Source: Nitrospira japonica (GTDB lineage: Bacteria > Nitrospirota > Thermodesulfovibrionia > Thermodesulfovibrionales > SM23-35). Taken from it: a stretch of DNA of 47,666 bases. Positions 1 to 10,053 of the stretch are shown here, in pieces. A program made the translations under genes and the position numbers. Location of the stretch: contig DYFC01000030.1 of NCBI GenBank assembly GCA_020725385.1, forward strand, positions 1 to 47,666, in the 5' to 3' direction. Position 1 is the first letter of the stretch. Every line of letters starts with the position of its first letter. The notes beneath the pieces were generated by a model. That model saw nothing but the letters and a program-made list of their open reading frames with translations, made no database searches and was not told where the DNA came from.

Positions 1-138
1 CATCTCTTATGGGATTCTTAACAGCTTTTTCCATGTATGTCTATTTATATTTGTTCTGTTACTTCACCCCTCTTAAAAAACAATTATGGGTGTTCACTTT
101 TAATTCGTAAACAGTTCACTTTTAAAAAATTCCTAACA
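1..138 (-). mobile_element. IS left end (IS21-like), truncated at window edge; inverted copy of 47526-47663
   Basis: Exact reverse complement of 47526-47663. On the minus strand it starts TGTTAGG, has a repeated TTAAAAGTGAAC motif, then an ORF start MEKAVKNPIRD running off the edge. Family assignment rests on end architecture only. Confidence 0.65.
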
Positions 139-164
139 TAAAGAGAACGAAAATTAGAAGTTCT

Positions 165-1244
165 CTATACATTGAATCTGAAGTTGATTATATCACCATC
201 TTTAACAGGATATGTTTTGCCTTCAAGTCTTAAAAGACCTTTTTCCTTAGCAGTTTGCATATTACCTAAAGCAATAAAATCATCATAAGAAATTACCTCA
301 GCTCTTATAAAGCCGCGTTCAATATCAGAATGTATTTTGCCGGCTGCAACAACCGCAGGAGTATCTTTTTTTATAGTCCATGCTCTAACCTCATCTTCTC
401 CAACGGTAATGAATGATATTAACCCGAGCATTTCATAACATGTTTGAATAAGTTTAAATGATGCAGGTTCATTAATTTTTAAATCATCAAGAAAAGGTTG
501 TTTTTCTTCAGGAGGTAATTGTGCGATTTCCATCTCTATTTTTCCACAAAATGAAAGAATAGGTATTGAAGGGTATTGTTTTTTTATTTCGTTTTTTATC
601 AGATTAATATTGTCTCCATTTAAATCTTCTTCTCCTATATTTAAAACAATTACTTTTGGAATAATAGAAAGGAATTGTAAATGTCTTATAGAAATCAGCT
701 CTTCTGATGTGAAATTGAAATCTCTAAGAGCTTTTTCTTTTAGTAAAAAATCTTTTAATTTTAATATTAATTTATGTTCGGATTCATCAGGTTTTTTACC
801 ACGCTTTTTATTTTCTTCCATTCTTTCAAGTCTTTTTTCAACAAGATCAATATCAGCGAATATAAGTTCTAGTTCAATAGTTTCAATATCACGCAAAGGA
901 TTTATATTTTCAAGGGGATGTGAGACAGATTCATTTTTAAAAACTCTAACAACATGAACTATTGCATCAGCGTCTTTTATTAAATCAAATACCTTTTTAT
1001 TTTGTTTTAAATCACCTTTTGTTAATCCTATGTAGTCAATATATTCAATAGTGGCAAAAGTTGATTTTTTTGGTTTATAAATTTCAGAAAGTTTAAGAAT
1101 TCTCTTATCCGGAACCTTCACAACTCCAATATTTGGTTCTCCGGTAACATTTGGATATATTGGTGTTTCAGCATTTAATCCGGTAAGAGCATTAAAAGCT
1201 GTTGTTTTACCTGAATTTGACAAACCGGTTATAGCTATTTTCAT
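165..1244 (-). CDS. ychF: Redox-regulated ATPase YchF (Obg family)
   Basis: P-loop GLSNSGKT, VVKVPDKR, EVRAWTI, AGKIHSDIERGFIRAEV, C-terminal DGDIINFRFNV. Confidence 0.95.
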   Translation of the reverse strand: MKIAITGLSNSGKTTAFNALTGLNAETPIYPNVTGEPNIGVVKVPDKRILKLSEIYKPKKSTFATIEYIDYIGLTKGDLKQNKKVFDLIKDADAIVHVVRVFKNESVSHPLENINPLRDIETIELELIFADIDLVEKRLERMEENKKRGKKPDESEHKLILKLKDFLLKEKALRDFNFTSEELISIRHLQFLSIIPKVIVLNIGEEDLNGDNINLIKNEIKKQYPSIPILSFCGKIEMEIAQLPPEEKQPFLDDLKINEPASFKLIQTCYEMLGLISFITVGEDEVRAWTIKKDTPAVVAAGKIHSDIERGFIRAEVISYDDFIALGNMQTAKEKGLLRLEGKTYPVKDGDIINFRFNV

Positions 1245-1260
1245 TTGACCTCTTTAAATA

Positions 1261-1548
1261 TTAGAAATTTTTAAATAAGTCCTCAAGTTTGCGTCTTGCA
1301 TCCTCTTTTTCTTTGTCAGATGAAGATTTAACAGAATCCTTAAAGCTAAAATAATCACAAAAGTTTGCTTTATTACGGACTCGCTGGAAATCAGCTTTTG
1401 GTTCAATACATTTATTATGACTTGTTTCAGAGTAAAAGCGACAATTAAGGCATATATGTAAATCTTCTCCGCAATTTGGACACCTTGATTTTCTGTTAAA
1501 ATATTTATCAATTACAACTTCTTTTCCGCAAAAAGAACATTTTTTCAT
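1261..1548 (-). CDS. Small Cys-rich putative zinc-binding protein
   Basis: Likely start MKKCSFC at 1548 with GGAG RBS upstream; CxxC, CxxC, CxxC and two further Cys; co-oriented 16 bp upstream of ychF. Confidence 0.75.
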   Translation of the reverse strand: MKKCSFCGKEVVIDKYFNRKSRCPNCGEDLHICLNCRFYSETSHNKCIEPKADFQRVRNKANFCDYFSFKDSVKSSSDKEKEDARRKLEDLFKNF

Positions 1549-1703
1549 ACTTGCTCCTTGGATATTAAAGAATAATATATAGATATTATCTAATCCGAAG
1601 AAATTCAAACACTAATCTTATAACTTGAAAAGTATAAAGTAAGTTGTAACCTTTCAGATTACTTTGTCTTTTAGGCTGTGGTTTTAATAAAACTAATCTT
1701 AAA

Positions 1704-1766
1704 AATAGTTTAAGCTACTCAAACAGTTCGAACTGTTCAAAACGTTCTAACAGTTTGAACAATTAA
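1704..1766. repeat. Degenerate 9-bp tandem array, consensus about AACNGTTYR
   Basis: aatagttta agctactca aacagttcg aactgttca aaacgttct aacagtttg aacaattaa. Confidence 0.6.
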
Positions 1767-1811
1767 AGAATTCTCTTAAGATATCTGTATTATTCCAGCA
1801 TTATATTTGGA

Positions 1812-2096
1812 TTAAGAAATAGTTTTTATAAATTCCTGTATGGGCAAAGCAGTTAAAGTTAAAAGTTGAACAGAGCCTCTTGAACCAAGTTCAACAGACA
1901 TTTTCATTATTGTTTGATTATCAGGTGCTTCAACTATATTAACAAAATCATATGGACCTAAAACCGCATATTGTTCTTTTACTTTAACGCCCATTTTTGC
2001 AAGCTCTTTGTTTACCTCGAGTATTCTTTTTGGATTTTCTTTAATTGTCTTTCTTCCTTCATCTGTCAGAGTACTTAAAATAACATAGTAAGGCAT
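1812..2096 (-). CDS. GYD domain protein
   Basis: 94 aa; MPYYVILSTLTDEG...LGPYDFVNIVEAPD pattern; GGGAGG RBS. Confidence 0.85.
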   Translation of the reverse strand: MPYYVILSTLTDEGRKTIKENPKRILEVNKELAKMGVKVKEQYAVLGPYDFVNIVEAPDNQTIMKMSVELGSRGSVQLLTLTALPIQEFIKTIS

Positions 2097-2167
2097 AGCA
2101 TCCTCCCTAATTAAGATTTCTAAAACAAGTGACTAAAAGTCACCTTTTATTATTAAACTTAAGAAAA

Positions 2168-3862
2168 TTATAATAAATGTACTATTTTATTTCTACCACT
2201 CTTTTTTGCCTGATACATTGCATTATCTGCTCTGACAACAAAGCTTTTCATGTCATCATAAGGAGAAAGTTCTGTTAACCCAATACTAACAGTTTTTTTG
2301 ACAATTTCAAGTTCTCCATCAAGTGTAAAAGGATGAAATACAGTTTCTGAAACAGATTTGCGGATTCTTTCAGCAACAATAATTGCTTCATCATATTGAG
2401 TTTCAGGTAACAATATTGTAAATTCTTCACCGCCATAACGAAAAGCCATATCAATATCTCTTATACTTTTGCTTATTATATCAGCAATTCTTTTAAGTAC
2501 AAAATCTCCTTCCCAATGTCCATATCTGTCATTGAAATCCTTGAAAAAATCTATATCAATAAGCATTAAAGAAAGTTGTCTGTTATGTCTTTTTGCTCTT
2601 TCGATTTCTTTTACTATAATCGTGTAAAAATAACGTTGATTAAATAGTCCTGTCAGATCATCTGTGATAACAAGTCTTTTCAATTCAGCTTCAGCTTTTT
2701 TCCTTTCTGTAATATCCCTGAATGTAACAAGCACACCTGTTTTTCCTTCATAAGGAATTTGAGTGAGAAGCACTTCCATATGAAGACCTTTATTGTTCTT
2801 TGACAACATTCTTATTTCCAGTGGAGAATCAATTGATTTATCGCTTTCAAGTTTTTTTAGGTTTTCTGAAAATAATGCCCTGCTATCAGGATAGAGAAAT
2901 CTCAAAATGTCTTCTCCAAGCATATCTTTTTGATAATAGTCCAGTATTTTAAGAAGAGTAGGGTTAATGAATTTTATTATTCCATCCTGAATTATCATTA
3001 TTCCTTCAAGAGATTGTTCAACGAGTGTGCGGTATTTTAATTCTGATTCAACAAGAGCCCGGGATTTCTGTCTTAGCATATTTTTAAGGATAGTTATGTA
3101 ATCGGCTCTTAAATTTTTAATAATGTCGCTTTTTGTAATAATGCCGATTGAATCACCTTTATCATCGGTTATAATCAAACACCTTACCATATTTTCATCA
3201 ATTAATCTTGTTGCTTCATAAAGATTGATGTCTTTTGAAGCAGTAATTAATTTTGTATCCATTATTTCTGATATATATACAGGTGTTATATTTTCAGCAA
3301 TAGCTTTAGTAATATTTCTTTCAGTAATAATACCAATTGGTTTAGAATCTTTTTTTACAACTACACAACTTATTTTATTTTCGGACATCAAAGATATAGC
3401 TTTGGTTAAAGGTTCTTCTTCAGATACAGAGATAATAGTTCTATTCATTATCTGTTCAACTTTTTTCAGATTAACAAAGGAGTCTATTCTTAAATTTTTG
3501 ATAATATCTGTTTGGGTTACAATCCCTGTTACCTTGTGATTATTATCAACTACCACGAGTCGTCTTAAGCCGTTTATAACCATGAGATTTGCTATCTCCG
3601 GAATATCTGTATCTTCTGAAACAGCAATCACAGGACTTCTCATTACAGTTTTTAAATCTACTAAATTAAAGTCAATGTTATTACCCTTAAGATAAATAAT
3701 ATCTCTTTCTGTAAGTATCCCTTCTGGCTTGTTGTCTTTAACAATAACAATGCAACTAACATTGTTCTTATTCATTTTTATTATTGCTGATAAAAGTGTT
3801 TCATTTGGGGATAATGTTATGACATCTCTTGACATTATTGTGCTTACATTATCCAGTTCCAT
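2168..3862 (-). CDS. Diguanylate cyclase with four CBS domains and a PAS domain
   Basis: Repeated CBS motifs (GILTERD, GIVTQTD, GIITERN, GIITKSD); PAS ending FRDITERK; DDLTGLFN; RDID I-site; RYGGEEF active site. Confidence 0.92.
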   Translation of the reverse strand: MELDNVSTIMSRDVITLSPNETLLSAIIKMNKNNVSCIVIVKDNKPEGILTERDIIYLKGNNIDFNLVDLKTVMRSPVIAVSEDTDIPEIANLMVINGLRRLVVVDNNHKVTGIVTQTDIIKNLRIDSFVNLKKVEQIMNRTIISVSEEEPLTKAISLMSENKISCVVVKKDSKPIGIITERNITKAIAENITPVYISEIMDTKLITASKDINLYEATRLIDENMVRCLIITDDKGDSIGIITKSDIIKNLRADYITILKNMLRQKSRALVESELKYRTLVEQSLEGIMIIQDGIIKFINPTLLKILDYYQKDMLGEDILRFLYPDSRALFSENLKKLESDKSIDSPLEIRMLSKNNKGLHMEVLLTQIPYEGKTGVLVTFRDITERKKAEAELKRLVITDDLTGLFNQRYFYTIIVKEIERAKRHNRQLSLMLIDIDFFKDFNDRYGHWEGDFVLKRIADIISKSIRDIDMAFRYGGEEFTILLPETQYDEAIIVAERIRKSVSETVFHPFTLDGELEIVKKTVSIGLTELSPYDDMKSFVVRADNAMYQAKKSGRNKIVHLL

Positions 3863-3946
3863 CGGACCTCCGTTTTAGCATTTGAACAATATATTTATTA
3901 TATCCGAAAATTGACTTTAATATGTAGTCTCTGGTTAAATTAATTC

Positions 3947-4777
3947 ATGTGGGATTATACTGAAAAAGTAAAAGATTTTTTCTTAAATCCTAAGAACATA
4001 GGAGAAGTCGAAAACCCTGATGCAGTAGGGGAGGTTGGAAGTATTGTCTGCGGTGATGCTCTAAGGTTAACATTAAAAATAGATAAAGAAACAAATCGTA
4101 TAATAGACGCTAAGTTCCAGACTTTCGGATGTGCAAGTGCAATTGCAAGCTCTTCAGCTCTTACAGAACTAGTCAAAGGTAAAACTATTGATGAAGCTTT
4201 AAAGATTACCAACAAGGATATTGCCGATTTTCTTGGTGGTCTTCCAAAAGAAAAAATGCACTGTTCTGTAATGGGCATGGAAGCACTTGAGGCTGCTATA
4301 GCAAACTATAAAGGTATTCCGGTTCAGGTAGAAGAAGAGGGCAGGGTAGTATGCAAATGTTTTAATGTAACCGAAGAAAAAATCAGGAAAGTTGCTATAG
4401 AAAACCATCTTACCACAGTAGAGGAAATTACTGATTACACCAAGGCCGGAGGTGGATGCGGAGAATGTCAAGCAGAAATTGAAGGAATATTAAAGGATAT
4501 ATGGTCTGTTAAAGCTCCTGAGAAACCATCAAAACCAAAGAAGTTAACAAATCTCCAAAAAATTGCTTTAATTCAGGAAATAATTAATAGAGAAATAAGA
4601 CCCGGCTTGCAGGCTGATGGTGGTGATATTGAAATTATTGACATTGAGGGTAATAAAGTAATTATCGCTTTAAGAGGAATGTGTACAGGCTGTGTAATGG
4701 CGGGTGTTACAATAAGCAGTATTCAGGAAAAACTTAGAGAACTTGTGAGTGAAGATATTGTAGTTGAGGCACAATAA
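3947..4777 (+). CDS. nifU: Fe-S cluster assembly scaffold NifU (IscU + Bfd-like 2Fe-2S + Nfu domains)
   Basis: CGD, FQTFGCASAIAS, KMHCSVM; CKCF...GGGCGEC; DGGDIE...CTGC. Confidence 0.93.
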   Translation: MWDYTEKVKDFFLNPKNIGEVENPDAVGEVGSIVCGDALRLTLKIDKETNRIIDAKFQTFGCASAIASSSALTELVKGKTIDEALKITNKDIADFLGGLPKEKMHCSVMGMEALEAAIANYKGIPVQVEEEGRVVCKCFNVTEEKIRKVAIENHLTTVEEITDYTKAGGGCGECQAEIEGILKDIWSVKAPEKPSKPKKLTNLQKIALIQEIINREIRPGLQADGGDIEIIDIEGNKVIIALRGMCTGCVMAGVTISSIQEKLRELVSEDIVVEAQ

Positions 4778-5958
4778 TGAAAACAATATATCTTGATAAT
4801 AATGCGACAACAAGAATTGCGCCTGAAGTCCTTGAAGAAATGATGCCATATCTCAAAGATTACTATGGTAATCCTTCAAGTATGCATACTTTTGGGGGGC
4901 AACTTCATAAAAAAATAGAAGAAGCAAGGGAAAAAGTTGCAGCACTCCTAAAAGCAAAACCTGAAGAAATAATATTTACAAGTTGTGGCACTGAAAGTGA
5001 CAATACAGCAATAATGAGTGCTGTTGAATCTTATCCTGAGAAGAAACATATTATTACAACACGAGTTGAGCATCCTGCTGTTATGAATTTCTGCAAACAT
5101 CTATCAAGAAAAGGTTATAGAGTTACTTTTTTACCTGTAGATAAATCCTCAGGTCAACTCAGAATTGATGATTTACTGAAAGCACTTGATGAAAACACTG
5201 CTGTTGTCTCGATAATGTATGCAAACAATGAAATAGGTACTATTTACCCGATCCAAGAAATAGGCGAGACATTAAAAGAGAGGAATATTCTTTTCCATAC
5301 AGACGCTGTTCAGGCTGTTGGAAAGATTCCTATTGATACAAATAAACTTCCTGTAGACATGCTTTCGCTGTCTGGACATAAACTCCATGCCCCAAAAGGT
5401 ATAGGCGCTCTTTATGTAAGAAAAGGTACAAGATTCTATCCTTACTTAATAGGCGGGCACCAAGAACATGGAAGAAGAGCAGGGACAGAAAATACAGCTT
5501 CTATCATAGCTCTTGGCAAAGCCTGTGAACTTGCTGCAAAGAATATAGATGATGAAGTAATATATCTTTCACGTCTTAGGGATAAACTCGAGTCTTCACT
5601 ATTAAAACTCTGTCCTGATACGCGCATAAATGGGGATATTAATAATAGATTGCCTAATACTACAAATATAAGCTTTGAATATGTTGAAGGCGAGGCAATT
5701 TTACTACGTTTGAATGAATACGGGATTTGTGCATCTTCCGGTTCTGCCTGTACTTCAGGTTCTCTTGAACCATCTCATGTTTTACGTGCTATAGGTGTCC
5801 CTTTTACTGCAATTCACGGGTCAGTAAGATTTTCCCTGAGCAGATATAATACAGAAGAAGAAATAGATAAAGTAATTGAAGTAATGCCGAACATTATTAA
5901 AGACCTCAGGATGTTATCTCCTTTTGGAAGGGATAAATTACCTCAAGAATGCAGGTAA
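4777..5958 (+). CDS. nifS: Cysteine desulfurase NifS
   Basis: YLDNNATT, HTDAVQ, SGHK (PLP lysine), SSGSACTS; translationally coupled to nifU. Confidence 0.95.
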   Translation: MKTIYLDNNATTRIAPEVLEEMMPYLKDYYGNPSSMHTFGGQLHKKIEEAREKVAALLKAKPEEIIFTSCGTESDNTAIMSAVESYPEKKHIITTRVEHPAVMNFCKHLSRKGYRVTFLPVDKSSGQLRIDDLLKALDENTAVVSIMYANNEIGTIYPIQEIGETLKERNILFHTDAVQAVGKIPIDTNKLPVDMLSLSGHKLHAPKGIGALYVRKGTRFYPYLIGGHQEHGRRAGTENTASIIALGKACELAAKNIDDEVIYLSRLRDKLESSLLKLCPDTRINGDINNRLPNTTNISFEYVEGEAILLRLNEYGICASSGSACTSGSLEPSHVLRAIGVPFTAIHGSVRFSLSRYNTEEEIDKVIEVMPNIIKDLRMLSPFGRDKLPQECR

Positions 5959-5982
5959 TTCTGATTAAGTGTGATTAAATTC

Positions 5983-6816
5983 TCATTTAAAACGGTTGAA
6001 GTGTGAGCTTATTTTTTTATATGTTTTTGTGCTCAACTTAAGTGGTTTGAATAAAAATGTCTTAAATTCATTTGATAGTACGTGTTTTCTATGAACCCTT
6101 CCTGAAGGATTTATTTTTATGACCTCTGATTTTTCCCAGTTGCGGAAAAGGTCTATTATCCTCTCGAGCGATTCCTGATGAAGTTTTTCAATTGCTTCTC
6201 TTAAAGGTAAAGAAGTGACAATGTTATTGTCTATAAAATCTGCAATTTTACGAGTATTTAGAGCAGAAAGATAAACCATTCCTTTAAGTATTTTTTTATT
6301 GGTTTTGAATGAAAAAATATATCTTTCAAGAAGTTTTTCGAGAAAAATGTCATTACGTAACTGTACAGTTTTGTCTATAGCTATTGCCTGTTGCCAATAT
6401 TTTTTATCTATTATTGAATCAGCTTTCATTTCAAGCAAGGTATGTCCAATGTTCTTTCTATCTGCTGTATATATATCATGGGCAACAGTATCTGCTGCAA
6501 GATGACTTAAGTATCCATATGCGAAAGCTTTTTGTTGCTGTGTCTCGGCATTCTTTAAAAGTTCCAACGCAAAGTCCCAATTATGGGCGTTTTTATGTTC
6601 CGGAAGATATTTTTTACCGACTATAAGATCAGCCATTAAAGTGCCATAGAGGAAATCTTTTTTATGCCGTCTAATTATTTTCAGAATACCCGCAGGGATT
6701 AAAGCGCTAAGAGAGAGGATTTCATTTCCTAAATAGATATGTGTAAGAGGTCCCCATGCAAGTGCATATACTGGATAAAGTAGAAATAAAATTAAAAAAA
6801 TGCTTATTAAAACCAT
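5983..6816 (-). CDS. Zinc-dependent phospholipase C family protein with signal peptide
   Basis: Signal peptide then WGPLTH; D..H; GYLSHLAADTVAH; HTLLE. Confidence 0.8.
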   Translation of the reverse strand: MVLISIFLILFLLYPVYALAWGPLTHIYLGNEILSLSALIPAGILKIIRRHKKDFLYGTLMADLIVGKKYLPEHKNAHNWDFALELLKNAETQQQKAFAYGYLSHLAADTVAHDIYTADRKNIGHTLLEMKADSIIDKKYWQQAIAIDKTVQLRNDIFLEKLLERYIFSFKTNKKILKGMVYLSALNTRKIADFIDNNIVTSLPLREAIEKLHQESLERIIDLFRNWEKSEVIKINPSGRVHRKHVLSNEFKTFLFKPLKLSTKTYKKISSHFNRFK

Positions 6817-6822
6817 ATTATT

Positions 6823-8271
6823 TTATAAATTACTTATAAAATCAAAAAGAAGCCTTACTCCTATGCCGGAAGCACCTTTAGGAATGTAAGGTTTATCTTT
6901 ATCATTCCATGCAGTTCCAGCTATGTCAAGATGTATCCATGGTGCAGGATTTGCAAATTCATATAAGAAATAGGCTGAAGAACACAATGAGCCACTCTTT
7001 CCTCCCGAGTTTTTAATATCAGCAATATCACTTTTTAAATATTCTTTTGCTTCCTCAAATAAAGGCATTTCCCAGACCCTTTCATAAACATTTAATCCCG
7101 AAATTTTAATTTTTTCTATAAATTCCCGTGTATTTCCCATCATCGCTATTGCTGTATTTCCAAAAGCTATTGAACATGCACCTGTAAGAGTTGCAATATC
7201 GATAATTAGCGAAGGATTATATTTTTTTGAATAACATATTGCATCAACAAGTGTCATACGGCCTTCAGCATCGGTGCTTATTATTTCTATGGTTTTACCA
7301 TTATAAGCCCTTATAATATCACCGGGACGTGTGGCAGAACTTCCTATTAAATTTTCTGTTGCAGGCAGTATACCAACGATATGTACAGGGAGATTCAATT
7401 CAGATACTGCCTTTAAAACACCTAAAACTGCTGCACCACCTGCCATGTCATATTTCATTTTTTCCATACCATCAGCTGGTTTTAAAGATATTCCGCCGCT
7501 ATCAAAGGTAATAGATTTACCAATAATTACAACAGGGGGAATTTCTTTACCTTTGTACTCAAGTATTATAAATTTTGGTGGTTCATCAGAACCCTTTGAG
7601 ACTGAAAGATATGAATTCATACCAAGTTTTTCTAAATCAGGTTTTTCAAGAACTGTCACTGAAATATGCTCATTCTTTAGTGATTTAGCTATCTCAGCAA
7701 GTTCTGAAGGGGTCAGGTCATTGGCGGGTGTGTTAATTAAATCTCTTGTAAAATATACTGCTTCGGAAACTATTTTTATCTTTTTAATTTCATCTTCAAG
7801 ATTTTTTGAAAATATAGAAAGGATAGTTATTGAATTTATATTGTTAGAGTTATCTTCTTTTTTATATCTATTATACTTATACAAAGAAAGCAAAGAACCT
7901 TCTAAAAAGTTTGTTATCGGAAATCCAAGAGATGATATAAGTCCTGAAGATATAGCGATGTCTTTCATCCCGATATCACGTAAAGAACATGCAGCTTTAG
8001 CGCCGATTTGTCTTATTTTCTCAGAAGTTATATCTTCCTTTTTACCCAGTCCAACGAAAAATACACGGTCGTATTTTAAATCCTCAGAACAACTAATTAA
8101 TGCAGTCTGATTAAATTTACCTGAAAATTCTTTTTGAAATACTTTATGGATTTGCTTTGAAAGAGTAGGAATCAGATTGTCATAATAACTGAAATCATTT
8201 TCAATAAAAGGAAGAATTAGCGCATCGCAACTAAAGTCGCTTTCTTTTTTTTCAATTATGGAAATTTGCAT
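6823..8271 (-). CDS. pepA: Leucyl aminopeptidase (M17)
   Basis: GKSITFDSGG, MKYDMAG, STDAEGR, DIATLTGA, WIHLDIAG. Confidence 0.95.
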   Translation of the reverse strand: MQISIIEKKESDFSCDALILPFIENDFSYYDNLIPTLSKQIHKVFQKEFSGKFNQTALISCSEDLKYDRVFFVGLGKKEDITSEKIRQIGAKAACSLRDIGMKDIAISSGLISSLGFPITNFLEGSLLSLYKYNRYKKEDNSNNINSITILSIFSKNLEDEIKKIKIVSEAVYFTRDLINTPANDLTPSELAEIAKSLKNEHISVTVLEKPDLEKLGMNSYLSVSKGSDEPPKFIILEYKGKEIPPVVIIGKSITFDSGGISLKPADGMEKMKYDMAGGAAVLGVLKAVSELNLPVHIVGILPATENLIGSSATRPGDIIRAYNGKTIEIISTDAEGRMTLVDAICYSKKYNPSLIIDIATLTGACSIAFGNTAIAMMGNTREFIEKIKISGLNVYERVWEMPLFEEAKEYLKSDIADIKNSGGKSGSLCSSAYFLYEFANPAPWIHLDIAGTAWNDKDKPYIPKGASGIGVRLLFDFISNL

Positions 8272-8426
8272 AATAATAATTTTAGTACATAAATATAAAA
8301 GGTAGCAAGGTTATATATTCAGCAATTCACGGTGGATTTGGAAAACTTTAAGGTTTCTCCTTTTTTAAGTTAACACTAAATGATAGTGAAAGTTGAATTA
8401 TTTTGCATACAAAAGTAAGATTTATT

Positions 8427-9587
8427 ATGGAGTCTTTAGGAAATACATGTTTTGCAAGAGAAATAATTGAAAATATTTATGGAGTTACTTTTACAGAAGG
8501 GAACAGAGTATCTTTACTCTGGAAGGGTGACGAGTTATTTAATAAGATTTTTGAATCTGTAAATACAGCTAAGAGTCTCATCTGTCTCGAATTCTACATA
8601 TTTAGAAATGATGAAACCGGGACCGAACTTGCCGAAATTTTGAAAAAAAAAGCATCTGAAGGTATTAGAGTATGCGTTTTATATGATCATTTTGGTTCTT
8701 TTGGAACTCCCCGTAGATTCTGGAGTGATTTAAAAAAAGCAGGGGTACAGGTTAAAGCTTCCAGACCATTTAAATGGACAAAACCATTACATTATATTCA
8801 TAGAGACCATAAAAAATTAATAATAATAGATGGAAGGGTAGCATTTACCGGCGGCTTAAATATTGCAAATGAGTATAGAGGGTTTCATAGATTTAGAAAA
8901 GTTCATGGCTGGAGAGATACAGGGATTTTTCTTGAGGGACCAATTGCAAATACCTTGTTCGGAATATTTAAAAAGAACTGGGAGATCTGGAAAGGTGAAC
9001 CGATAAATTTTCAGGCAGAATCCCCTTCATTTAATGATGGAGTTCCTGTTATCCCTATATTTGCAAGTTCTTCAAAAAGCAGAAAAAAGATGCGTAAATT
9101 ACTGTACTATAGTATCTCTAATGCTAAAGAAAGTATACATCTTACAACAGCTTACTTTACTCCAAGCATAAGAATGCTTAATGTTCTTGAAGATGCAATT
9201 AATAGAAATGTAAAAGTTAAAATACTTTTGCCCGGCAAGTCAGATGTTTTATCAGCGCATTATGCAGGCAGGGCTTTTTTTACAACACTGCTTAAAGCAG
9301 GTATTAGAATCTATAACTATAAAGGTGAAATGCTTCATGCGAAAACATCAGTTTTTGACTGTAACTGGAGTATTATAGGCTCGGCCAATCTGGATTTCCA
9401 ATCTATGAGAAGAAATGATGAAGGAAATGTTGGCATTCTTGATGAAACCTTTGGAAATAAAATGGTTGATGTTTTCAAGGAAGATGTTAAGAATTCGGAA
9501 GAAATTACTCTTGAAAAATGGTTGAAAAGACCTTTTATTGAAAAATTAAAAGAAAGCTTTTTTGTTTTATTTAGGAAGAGGCTCTGA
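8427..9587 (+). CDS. Cardiolipin synthase / phospholipase D family (ClsB-like)
   Basis: Two HKD motifs: RDHKKLIIID and LHAKTSVFD. ATG at 8427 preferred over TTG at 8403. Confidence 0.88.
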   Translation: MESLGNTCFAREIIENIYGVTFTEGNRVSLLWKGDELFNKIFESVNTAKSLICLEFYIFRNDETGTELAEILKKKASEGIRVCVLYDHFGSFGTPRRFWSDLKKAGVQVKASRPFKWTKPLHYIHRDHKKLIIIDGRVAFTGGLNIANEYRGFHRFRKVHGWRDTGIFLEGPIANTLFGIFKKNWEIWKGEPINFQAESPSFNDGVPVIPIFASSSKSRKKMRKLLYYSISNAKESIHLTTAYFTPSIRMLNVLEDAINRNVKVKILLPGKSDVLSAHYAGRAFFTTLLKAGIRIYNYKGEMLHAKTSVFDCNWSIIGSANLDFQSMRRNDEGNVGILDETFGNKMVDVFKEDVKNSEEITLEKWLKRPFIEKLKESFFVLFRKRL

Positions 9588-9595
9588 AAAATTTT

Positions 9596-10051
9596 ATGAG
9601 TAAAAAAACAATAGCATTTTTAATAATTGCAATAGCTATTCCTATTATTATTTATTTCTTGATACCTTCTGAAGAAAATAGGATAAGGAAAGTCTTAAGA
9701 GAAGGTTCAGTTGCTATTGAAAAGGAAGATATTGATAAAACGATGTCAAAAGTTTCATATAATTATAAAGATGAATATGGACTTTCTTATCTTTATATAA
9801 AAGAGGTCTTAAAAATAATTTTCAAGCGTTTTGAAAGAATTCGAATTGAATATAAAATAATTAAAATATATGTTACTGAAAACAAAGCAACTGTAGAAGT
9901 TGATGTTATTGTTAGTGCATACACTGGAGAAAACTTTCATTATTTGCTTGGAGATATTACAAATCCAGCACATCTTAAATTTAGTTTAGAAAAAGAAAGA
10001 GGGAAATGGCTTATTATCCGCATTGAAGGATTGCCATTCTATAGTGATTAG
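9596..10051 (+). CDS. Hypothetical membrane-anchored protein, possibly NTF2-like fold
   Basis: N-terminal TM helix; C-terminal LEKERGKWLI pattern; follows the cls gene. Confidence 0.6.
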   Translation: MSKKTIAFLIIAIAIPIIIYFLIPSEENRIRKVLREGSVAIEKEDIDKTMSKVSYNYKDEYGLSYLYIKEVLKIIFKRFERIRIEYKIIKIYVTENKATVEVDVIVSAYTGENFHYLLGDITNPAHLKFSLEKERGKWLIIRIEGLPFYSD

Positions 10052-10053
10052 TT

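Noticed and set aside
3947-5958. Nitrogen fixation cluster
   Set aside because: No nifHDK or nifENB in the window; stand-alone NifUS is a general Fe-S assembly system in many anaerobes.
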